From: Bacteroidota bacterium
Lineage (GTDB): Bacteria > Bacteroidota > Ignavibacteria > UBA10030 > UBA6906
DNA length: 56,410 nucleotides
Assembly: GCA_017860635.1 (NCBI GenBank)
Contig: JAGDMK010000035.1
Span: forward strand, 1 to 56,410
Direction of reading: 5' to 3'
Shown: positions 35,370 to 42,234 of the stretch, piece by piece
Layout: each line of letters begins with the position of its first letter
Numbering within the stretch: position 1 is the stretch's first letter
Position numbers and translations under genes: made by a program
Notes under the pieces: generated by a model
What the model was told of the DNA's origin: nothing
What the model saw: only the letters and a program-made list of their open reading frames with translations
Database searches by the model: none

Positions 35370-37199
35370 TTACTTCGTCAGCATCATCTTCTTGGTGATC
35401 GAACCCTGCGCGGAGTGCAGGCGATAGAAATACATGCCGCTGGAAAATCCACTGGCCTGGAACGTCGCAGTGTGGACTCCTGCAGTCTGCACGCCGTCCG
35501 CCAGTACCGCAATCTCCTGTCCGAGCAGGTTGTACACAGAAAGGCGAACCTGTTTGGTCTGGTCCAGCGAATACGAGATTGTTGTGCTGGGGTTGAAGGG
35601 ATTCGGATAGTTCTGGTCAAGGCCAAACTCCGCCGGGATGTTCTCGGTTGACGGAACACTTGTGGCCGTCGAGAGTCCGGCGTAGGATGTGGCCATGCGG
35701 ATTTCATCGAAGATCAGGCGTCCATTGATGCCATCCCCTCCGAATTCCAATGCCATGTTGTCAATGCCCGCCGCAGGGACAGTACTGTTTCTCTTCACGA
35801 TCGCAGTGCTCGTGTCGGGTTGCGTGGCGGGATTCGGATCGACCCACATATATGTTCTGCAGGCATCCGTGCCTGTGCCGGACATGCTGATACTCATGAC
35901 AAGCCACTTTGGTCCAGCGGTGATCGGCACCGTGGAGACGTCGTCACCTGAGGCACCCGGCCATCCGCTGCCGCAGGTCCAGACTGGTGTTGTGGCTCCG
36001 CCGCCCTTGCCGAGCGCGAGGATTTCTGTCGTGCTGCTGTACAGCTTCACCATGAAATAGGTGTTCCCTACCGGGATGGAGTCTTTGACATCAATCATAT
36101 AGCTGAGCCAGTATTTCTTCCCGGCTGTATTCGGCCACGCCGCCGCCAGCGGGCGCTTGTAGCGGTTGTGGTCCGACCATGCATTGCTCTTCAGCACCTG
36201 GAGATGAGTCGTGTCATACGGAAGGGTCCAGCTGAGATCGGCGTAACTGAAGCGAGTCCCCGAGAACGCCACGAGGCCATCAACGCCATTATCACCTGGG
36301 TCGGTTGCCCACGGTCCTCCATAACCATCCGTCGCCGTTCCCACACCGTTCAGTGTCGTCAGCTTGTAGGTGAACGACTCCCGTGCTATTGAGCCTACTG
36401 GTGTAGCAGCGGAAAGATCGGCGAAGGAATTTGCGAGGGTGATCTCATCGAACACTATCCGGACATTCGGGCCGTCGCCTCCAAACTCCAGTGCGATGTT
36501 GTCGATGCCTGCAGCCGGAACCGTGCTGTTCCTCTTGACAATTGCAGTGCTCGTGTCGGGTTCCGTGGCGGGATTCGGATCAACCCACATGTATGTTCTG
36601 CAGGCATCCGTGCCGTTGCCGGACATGGTGATACTCATGACGAGCCACTTCGGTCCTGCAGTGAGTGCCACCGTGGAGACATCATCACCTGATGCACCAG
36701 GCCATCCGCTGCCACAGGTCCAGACAGGTGTTGTAGCTCCACCGCCCTTACCGAGCGCGAGGATTTCTGTCGCGCTGCTGTACAGCTTCACCATGAAGTA
36801 GGTATTGGCAACCGGCAGGGGCTCTTTGAGATCTATCAGATAGGCGAGCCAGTATTTCTTTCCGGCTGAGTTCGGCCACGCCGCGGCCAGCGGGCGCTTG
36901 TAGCGGTTGTGGTCCGACCAGGCAATGCTCTTCGTCCACTGGACATGGAAGGTATCGTGGGGAACCGTCCAGCTGAGGTCGCCGTAGCTGAAGCGGGAGT
37001 TTGCGATGGTCACGAGCCCTTCGATCCCATTGTCTTCGTTCTTCACCCACGGGCCGCCAAAACCACTGGTTGCTGTGCCCAGACCCGCCAGCGTCGTATG
37101 AGGATAGCTGAATGCCTCCCGGACGGGTGTCTGCGACAGGGCAAGCGAAGTCATCAGCAGGAGAAGCAATGCAATAGTGCAAACTGTTTTCATGCGCAT
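35370..37199 (-). CDS. T9SS-secreted hypothetical protein made of two tandem ~240-aa repeats plus a C-terminal sorting domain
   Basis: ORF 35370..37262, with ATG 37199 and AAGGAG 8 nt upstream. The signal peptide is MRMKTVCTIALLLLLMTSLALSQ. Residues ~27-262 and ~272-510 are paralogous. The CTD is YPNPFNPSTTISYSL....SGMYFYRLHSAQGSITKKMMLTK. Confidence 0.8.
   Translation of the reverse strand: MRMKTVCTIALLLLLMTSLALSQTPVREAFSYPHTTLAGLGTATSGFGGPWVKNEDNGIEGLVTIANSRFSYGDLSWTVPHDTFHVQWTKSIAWSDHNRYKRPLAAAWPNSAGKKYWLAYLIDLKEPLPVANTYFMVKLYSSATEILALGKGGGATTPVWTCGSGWPGASGDDVSTVALTAGPKWLVMSITMSGNGTDACRTYMWVDPNPATEPDTSTAIVKRNSTVPAAGIDNIALEFGGDGPNVRIVFDEITLANSFADLSAATPVGSIARESFTYKLTTLNGVGTATDGYGGPWATDPGDNGVDGLVAFSGTRFSYADLSWTLPYDTTHLQVLKSNAWSDHNRYKRPLAAAWPNTAGKKYWLSYMIDVKDSIPVGNTYFMVKLYSSTTEILALGKGGGATTPVWTCGSGWPGASGDDVSTVPITAGPKWLVMSISMSGTGTDACRTYMWVDPNPATQPDTSTAIVKRNSTVPAAGIDNMALEFGGDGINGRLIFDEIRMATSYAGLSTATSVPSTENIPAEFGLDQNYPNPFNPSTTISYSLDQTKQVRLSVYNLLGQEIAVLADGVQTAGVHTATFQASGFSSGMYFYRLHSAQGSITKKMMLTK
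35670..37121 (-). repeat. Intragenic tandem duplication (two ~715-nt units, 35670-36386 and 36414-37121)
   Basis: Long blocks are shared by both units: WSDHNRYKRPLAAAWPN.AGKKYWL, NTYFMVKLYSS.TEILALGKGGGATTPVWTCGSGWPGASGDDVSTV, and TDACRTYMWVDPNPAT.PDTSTAIVKRNSTVPAAGIDN.ALEFGGDG. Nucleotide identity in the core is high by eye, with only a few mismatches per 70 nt in the best stretch. Confidence 0.8.
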
Positions 37200-37640
37200 A
37201 GAATTGCTCCTTTGTGAATGGTGAGACTGCTGTGAATGTGAGCTGCAAAAGCGAACAGTCAATATTCCGTTTTACCGCTAACTGTATCGCTAACTATCGA
37301 GGATGAACGAAAGAAATTCGTTGACTTGGGAATCAATTGCTCGAGAGTTTTCCCAGGGATCCTGCTGACCGAAAATGAGGTGTGGGGATCGAATTCATGT
37401 GAATCTTGGATAAATCTATTAGAAAGTCAAGTCTTTTTTCTGGAATTGGCCACATTTAGCCACATTCGGTGATCGCCGCCCGGTCTGCACCAGTTGCGTC
37501 GTACGAGGGTCGATGTGAAGGGCGGGCGGAGCGGCAGGTGAGCCGTGAGGGCTACACTCCGTTGAACCGCCGCTTAAACCTCTTGTCTCGAGGTGCTGTC
37601 TAATTACGAAGCTTCCTAACAAATCACCAAGGAGGTACAG

Positions 37641-38033
37641 ATGATGAAAGGTAGTGCAATCCTCTGTCTGGCATTCTTTGTAGGGCTCACAGCTTTTGCT
37701 CAGCCTCAACGAATGACCCCCCAGGAACGAACCGATCAGCTGGCGAAAGAGCTGTCGCTGACAGAAGAACAGAAAGCCAAGGTCCTCGAACATTTCACGC
37801 AAGAACAGCAAGTCTTCCAGAAGCTGCGCGAGGAAAGTCAGGGCGACCGCGAAGCGATGCGGGCGGCTATGGGCAAACGGCGTGAAGAGTCGAACATGAA
37901 GATGAAAGCGATTCTTACAGAAGAGCAGTATGCAAAGTACGAAACACTGAGAGGCGGCATGCGCCCTGGCGGAAGGGGACAGCAGCCTCCTCCGGGACGG
38001 GGTGATAAACCCGGTCCGGGGAAAGGCGACTAA
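37641..38033 (+). CDS. Periplasmic LTXXQ-motif protein (Spy/CpxP-like family)
   Basis: AAGGAGG lies 5 nt upstream of the start. The signal peptide is MMKGSAILCLAFFVGLTAFAQ. There are two LTEEQ motifs (LSLTEEQKAKV, AILTEEQYAKY) and a Gly/Pro-rich basic tail. Confidence 0.6.
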   Translation: MMKGSAILCLAFFVGLTAFAQPQRMTPQERTDQLAKELSLTEEQKAKVLEHFTQEQQVFQKLREESQGDREAMRAAMGKRREESNMKMKAILTEEQYAKYETLRGGMRPGGRGQQPPPGRGDKPGPGKGD

Positions 38034-38052
38034 CTCGCTGCGTAAACGAAAG

Positions 38053-38080
38053 AACCCCTTGAATCCCAAGGGGTTTTTTG
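38053..38080 (+). terminator. Rho-independent terminator
   Basis: AACCCCTTG, a 5-nt loop and CAAGGGGTT, running into TTTTTTG. It starts about 20 nt after the stop at 38033. Confidence 0.75.
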
Positions 38081-38191
38081 TGCCTCTTTGTTCTCCCGGG
38101 ATTGCAGTTCCGTGTGAGCACCTTCAAGGGATTTAACCATACCATGCTTCGTGTCGTATCATCACTAAACAGTATCACCCCCGGCTGAAGG

Positions 38192-38794
38192 ATGCGCTCA
38201 TCCAAACAGTATGATGCTTCAGCAACACCTCATCTGCCCGGTCTCATCGACCGGTCGCTCCGGCATGAGAGAAGTGCATTCCGCCAGCTCGTGGAGGAAC
38301 ACCAGCACTATGTCTTCGCTCTTGCCTTCAGGGTAGTGCGGGATGAGGAGGACGCCCGGGACGTGACCCAGGAGACATTCATCCGTGTGTGGAAGCACCT
38401 TCACACATACGACATGCGGACGAAATTCACGACATGGCTCTACACCATCACCATGAATCTGGCGTATGATCAGCTCAAGGGAAACAGGCGCAAGCGGCAC
38501 CGGCTTTCCGTCATTGAGTCAAGTGACCTTGATAATGTCGCGGCGCCGATGGAAGAGGAGGCGGGCATCGTGAACCGCGATCTCGCTGAGAAGATTGCAG
38601 AACTGGCCGGAGGACTTCCGCCAAAACAACAGAAGGTGTTCATTCTGCGAGATCTGCAGGATCTGAGTGTGGACGAGGTAGCCCGCGTGCTTTCCATGTC
38701 GGTGAACTCGGTGAAGACGAATCTCTGCTATGCGCGCCGGTCAATACGGGAAAAGATGCAGCAGATGGATGGTACGAGGAGGAGGTCTCCATGA
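38192..38794 (+). CDS. ECF-type RNA polymerase sigma-70 family factor
   Basis: Region 2 block: FRQLVEEHQHYVFALAFRVVRDEEDARDVTQETFIRVWKHL..FTTWLYTITMNLAYDQLK. Region 4 block: LPPKQQKVFILRDLQDLSVDEVARVLSMSVNSVKTNLCYARRSIREKM. Confidence 0.9.
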   Translation: MRSSKQYDASATPHLPGLIDRSLRHERSAFRQLVEEHQHYVFALAFRVVRDEEDARDVTQETFIRVWKHLHTYDMRTKFTTWLYTITMNLAYDQLKGNRRKRHRLSVIESSDLDNVAAPMEEEAGIVNRDLAEKIAELAGGLPPKQQKVFILRDLQDLSVDEVARVLSMSVNSVKTNLCYARRSIREKMQQMDGTRRRSP

Positions 38795-39552
38795 AGTGCC
38801 GCGAGGTGCAACACCAACTCTATCTCTACCGGCCGCCTGGCGAATTGACAACTGAACATCAGAAGGCGGTTGAACGCCATCTCGCCGTTTGTCCCGACTG
38901 CGCAGCCATGCGGGACTCCATGCTGGAGCTGGAGAAGCGAATTTCGGAGATCCGCGGGATGGAACCGAGGACTAAAGACCCAGCCGGCCTTACCGACACG
39001 GTCATGCGCGCGGCGCTTGATGCCGATGGTCCGGCGATGCGGTCTGCGGGAGTACTGTTTGACTGGTCGGTCTCGCCGGCTTTTCGCGTCGCAGCCTGCC
39101 TGATTCTCTTCCTTCTCAGCGGACTGTTTTTCGCGCAGACTGCTGTTGACGCAAGGAAGGTGACGGCGCTGGAGTACCGGCTTAAATCGGAACGTGTGTC
39201 CGCAGGAGATCGCTGGCCAGCAGCCGCCCGGAAGGCCGGGCTGTCTCCCCCAGTCTTGAGCCTGCTCACATTGCCTGCCCATGTGCGGAACAACGCTGCG
39301 GGCTATCTGAGCGGAATCACGAACGAACCGGACCTGGCTGCAGTGCTGGGGATGCTGTTCGAACGACAGCGCAATGAAGGGGATGCACTGTTTGAGTATC
39401 TGGCAACGCGCTATCCACGCCTCGCCACTGTCCGGATCGATGACGGCGTCGATGCTCGTGAACAGGAGATTCTCTCCTCAGACGGAGAGGCGTGTATAAA
39501 AGAGATTTCACAGTTGATGCACAAGACAGGAGTTCGTCATGACCGACCGTAG
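38791..39552 (+). CDS. Anti-sigma factor with an N-terminal zf-HC2 motif and one TM segment
   Basis: ATGA overlap with the sigma-factor stop. The zinc-finger motif is MKCREVQHQL....HLAVCPDCAAM (H-x3-C-x2-C). The central hydrophobic segment is FRVAACLILFLLSGLFFA. Confidence 0.8.
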   Translation: MKCREVQHQLYLYRPPGELTTEHQKAVERHLAVCPDCAAMRDSMLELEKRISEIRGMEPRTKDPAGLTDTVMRAALDADGPAMRSAGVLFDWSVSPAFRVAACLILFLLSGLFFAQTAVDARKVTALEYRLKSERVSAGDRWPAAARKAGLSPPVLSLLTLPAHVRNNAAGYLSGITNEPDLAAVLGMLFERQRNEGDALFEYLATRYPRLATVRIDDGVDAREQEILSSDGEACIKEISQLMHKTGVRHDRP

Positions 39553-40111
39553 ATCGTATGTCCTTGCCATGCTGGTGTCCGTGTTGTCACTGTGGACCAC
39601 CGGCTGTCTGGAGCATCAGGTGAAGACCACCATCAATGCCGACGGAAGCTGCGAACGCACGATCACGCTGAATGCAGACGCAAAAAAAGTTCCCGAGACG
39701 TCGTTTCCGCTTCCGACCGGTGCGGGCTGGGACACAAGCTGGGCTCAGGCAGGCGATGCACGGTACGCGGTATCCTTCTCAAAGAAGTTCAAGGATTTTG
39801 AAGGCCTGACGGGAGAATACACCCAACCCATTGACTCCATGAAAATCCACCTTGCGCTTTCAGTGAAGAAGTCCTTCAGGTGGTTCTACACATACTATGA
39901 CTATGCGGAGACCTATGGACGCTTCACGGATTACACGCTCGTTGATCCGCAGACGGTCCTCACCGAAGAAGAGATCCGCATGCTGACGTACGGAGATACA
40001 AGCAAGACCCTGAAGAACACTGCAGGACTCTCTCCTGACGCCTGCCAATGTGGCGGCGCACAAAGAAGAACTGTTCCGGACGCTTGTAGGGTATGCCGGT
40101 CCGGGGCTTGA
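39539..40111 (+). CDS. Lipoprotein of unknown function (probably only the 5' part of a frame-disrupted gene)
   Basis: It overlaps the anti-sigma stop by 14 nt. The lipobox is LSLWTTGC. The last ~30 aa (..AGLSPDACQCGGAQRRTVPDACRVCRSGA) look like out-of-frame translation of the next ORF. Confidence 0.55.
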   Translation: MTDRRSYVLAMLVSVLSLWTTGCLEHQVKTTINADGSCERTITLNADAKKVPETSFPLPTGAGWDTSWAQAGDARYAVSFSKKFKDFEGLTGEYTQPIDSMKIHLALSVKKSFRWFYTYYDYAETYGRFTDYTLVDPQTVLTEEEIRMLTYGDTSKTLKNTAGLSPDACQCGGAQRRTVPDACRVCRSGA

Positions 40112-41012
40112 GATGAAGGATCCGGAAGACCTTCTGAGAGATTTGTCCTCATATCGTGGCACCCGGGCAGAGATGTTCTCTGAAAGCGGTGTCACCGACG
40201 AGGGACTGAACGCCTTTGCCGAAATAGCGGCCAGGATACTCAAGAGTGACGCAACCTGGAAGCTTAAGGATTCCGTTCGTGCCGGGTGGCAGGATGTGCT
40301 CACGATGGTGGGAGGGAAAGGCACAAAGGGAGAGTCATTCACGAATGACGTGATCCTTCCAGGCATTCTTCTGGAGACCAACGCGCCGGAAGTGAAAGGG
40401 AGTACGGTTTCCTGGAAGTTCAACGTGGATCAGCTTGCGCTACGCGAGTTTGAAATGCGTGCAAGATCCAGAGTGGTGAATGAGTGGGCGGTTGCCGTTA
40501 CCGGTGTTCTCGTGCTAATGTCCTTATCTCACAAGAACCATTCTCACCGTTTGCCGGACGCTGCCTATCTGCAACTGGCAGACATACACTCCGCTTCCGA
40601 CGGAAACGCCCGAGGCATTGATGCCATTCCAGATCATGGTATGCCTGCCCGGTGCCCGCTCGCCATCCACAAGCACCTGCACAAGTTCCCCGTTCATATC
40701 ATAGACCGTCGCACGCACAGCACTCTGTTGCGTGATGCTGTATGCAATGGTGGTGCTTGGATTGAACGGGTTGGGATAGTTCTGGTCCAGCCGGAATTCA
40801 TGAGTGATGGCTTTGCTGAACGGCGGTTCCTTAACCACAGAGGTGGCTGTCTCAGCCGGATAGAATGTATATGCAACACCGCCCTTGTCGAACCACGAAT
40901 GGGACAGGTCGCTCTTGTTGAAGACGTACGAATAGCCATTGGATCTCGCCGGATCGTGCACGACCGGATCCCCATTTGCCGTGAATCCGGCCAGCATCAT
41001 CAAATGTCCTGA
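40050..41012 (+). CDS. +1-frame continuation ORF of the lipoprotein gene; the coding-like part ends near 40525 and the rest is antisense to the convergent peptidase gene
   Basis: The frame is open from 40014. It gives a plausible sequence (..AAHKEELFRTLVGYAGPGLEMKDPEDLL....SRVVNEWAVAVTGVLVLMSLS, a terminal TM helix) up to about 40525. No in-frame stop occurs until 41012, which is 490 nt into the opposing CTD-coding region. Confidence 0.35.
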   Translation: MAAHKEELFRTLVGYAGPGLEMKDPEDLLRDLSSYRGTRAEMFSESGVTDEGLNAFAEIAARILKSDATWKLKDSVRAGWQDVLTMVGGKGTKGESFTNDVILPGILLETNAPEVKGSTVSWKFNVDQLALREFEMRARSRVVNEWAVAVTGVLVLMSLSHKNHSHRLPDAAYLQLADIHSASDGNARGIDAIPDHGMPARCPLAIHKHLHKFPVHIIDRRTHSTLLRDAVCNGGAWIERVGIVLVQPEFMSDGFAERRFLNHRGGCLSRIECICNTALVEPRMGQVALVEDVRIAIGSRRIVHDRIPICRESGQHHQMS

Positions 41013-41903
41013 ATACAGCGGTGCTCCCACAGACATCGCAATACGCCCTCCCCGGGCAAGGACATCCCGCGCCTGGCTCCAGGTTCTGTACCGTGTGACC
41101 GCGCCATCCAAACCGTATCCGGCGGCATTCTGAACGACCCTCGGCCAGATACCGAAAATCCTGAAGTAGGGGTCGCGTGTGGTCTGGGCAAACGTCAGCG
41201 GATTAACGGGGATGTTGTAGCTGAGCAGGATCATTGAGACCGACGTGGGAGAACAGATGCTCCCGCCGATGTCGGGATCCACACCGTACTGGTACACAAA
41301 TGTTGTAGGGATGAGTATCTGTGCGGGCTTGTCCGCGAGAATCTGAGTGAAGTTCTGGGCCGTGGTCGTGGCGGTATCGCTGACGAAAAAGCTCAGTTTG
41401 TGGAGCGTTGGTGATGGCAGCCCGGCGCTTGCGCGCGTCATGATCACCTTGAATTGCCATGCGCCGGCATATGAGCTGAGCTTCACATAGTCGTAATCGA
41501 TGTACCCGCCGGAGTAACTTGTAGCACCGTAGGAGCTCCAGATGTTCGCGTTCCAGAAACCGACAGTTAACCATGGTGACCACCCGGTGCCTGACGGGAA
41601 ACGCATCTGGATTTTGAAAGCGCTGGAGTTGTCAGGTGCGGAGCCATTCCAGGACGGCAACCCGTGATTGAACGGATACTGCGCAAACTGGGGGGTGAAG
41701 ATCACAGATCCATCTGTGCGGTTTGACTGCAGCTGCAGCCGCTTCCCGTCACCGCTCAGCTCCAGCCCGTCATTGGTTTCTATCCTCTGGACTAGGGAGT
41801 CGATACGGAGGACGTAGTGCTGATCAGGGTAACTTTGGCCGGAAGCGGAAAGGACGAAGAGGACATGCAGTGCGACAAGGACAGACAGTATTCGTGAGAT
41901 CAT
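40524..41903 (-). CDS. Peptidase C39-like (papain-fold, BtrH/C39_2-like) domain protein with a T9SS C-terminal sorting domain
   Basis: ORF 40524..42236, with the start moved to ATG 41903 (signal peptide MISRILSVLVALHVLFVLSASGQ). The Cys block is DIGGSICSPTSVSMILL. The His block is YSGHLMMLAGF..GDPVVHDP. The CTD is YPNPFNPSTTIAYSI....SGVYVCQLQIGSVRQTVRMVLVR. Confidence 0.8.
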   Translation of the reverse strand: MISRILSVLVALHVLFVLSASGQSYPDQHYVLRIDSLVQRIETNDGLELSGDGKRLQLQSNRTDGSVIFTPQFAQYPFNHGLPSWNGSAPDNSSAFKIQMRFPSGTGWSPWLTVGFWNANIWSSYGATSYSGGYIDYDYVKLSSYAGAWQFKVIMTRASAGLPSPTLHKLSFFVSDTATTTAQNFTQILADKPAQILIPTTFVYQYGVDPDIGGSICSPTSVSMILLSYNIPVNPLTFAQTTRDPYFRIFGIWPRVVQNAAGYGLDGAVTRYRTWSQARDVLARGGRIAMSVGAPLYSGHLMMLAGFTANGDPVVHDPARSNGYSYVFNKSDLSHSWFDKGGVAYTFYPAETATSVVKEPPFSKAITHEFRLDQNYPNPFNPSTTIAYSITQQSAVRATVYDMNGELVQVLVDGERAPGRHTMIWNGINASGVSVGSGVYVCQLQIGSVRQTVRMVLVR

Positions 41904-41990
41904 GCAGTAGCCCGGTACCGGTTTGGATGAATTGCCCCTGAAATGTGTCCACAACAATATATGAAATCCCGGCCAAAGAATGGAGAGCTC

Positions 41991-42073
41991 GTGTGCAATG
42001 ATTCGTTGACAGATCTCAACCGGATTGATCTGTGTGCAGAGTCCCATGTGCAATGATCCATGTGCAATGATCC
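41991..42073. repeat. Three copies of a 14-nt element (ATGTGCAATGATCC), two of them perfectly tandem
   Basis: GTGTGCAATGATTC is at 41991-42004. ATGTGCAATGATCC is at 42046-42059 and again immediately at 42060-42073. A 7-bp inverted repeat, ACAGATC-N11-GATCTGT, lies between them (about 42009-42033). The elements sit in the divergent region between the peptidase gene and the lipoprotein/ABC operon. Confidence 0.8.
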
Positions 42074-42234
42074 GACTCGGGCCATTTGGTTTCTTCCCGC
42101 AGTCACAGTATATTGAAATACGTGGGGATTGCCGCTTCCAGCGCGGGATACCCCATGAAAGGCGGGGCACCGGCACGATCGACGGCCGCCCGTCACTAAC
42201 CGTTGACTCCCTTGTGCTGAGGAGGATGAATCGC

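Noticed and set aside
35670-37121. I considered the two near-identical ~715-nt units as the template and variable repeats of a diversity-generating retroelement.
   Set aside because: The window contains no reverse transcriptase or accessory gene. The differences between the copies are of all substitution types rather than adenine-specific. The units are in-frame modules of one protein.
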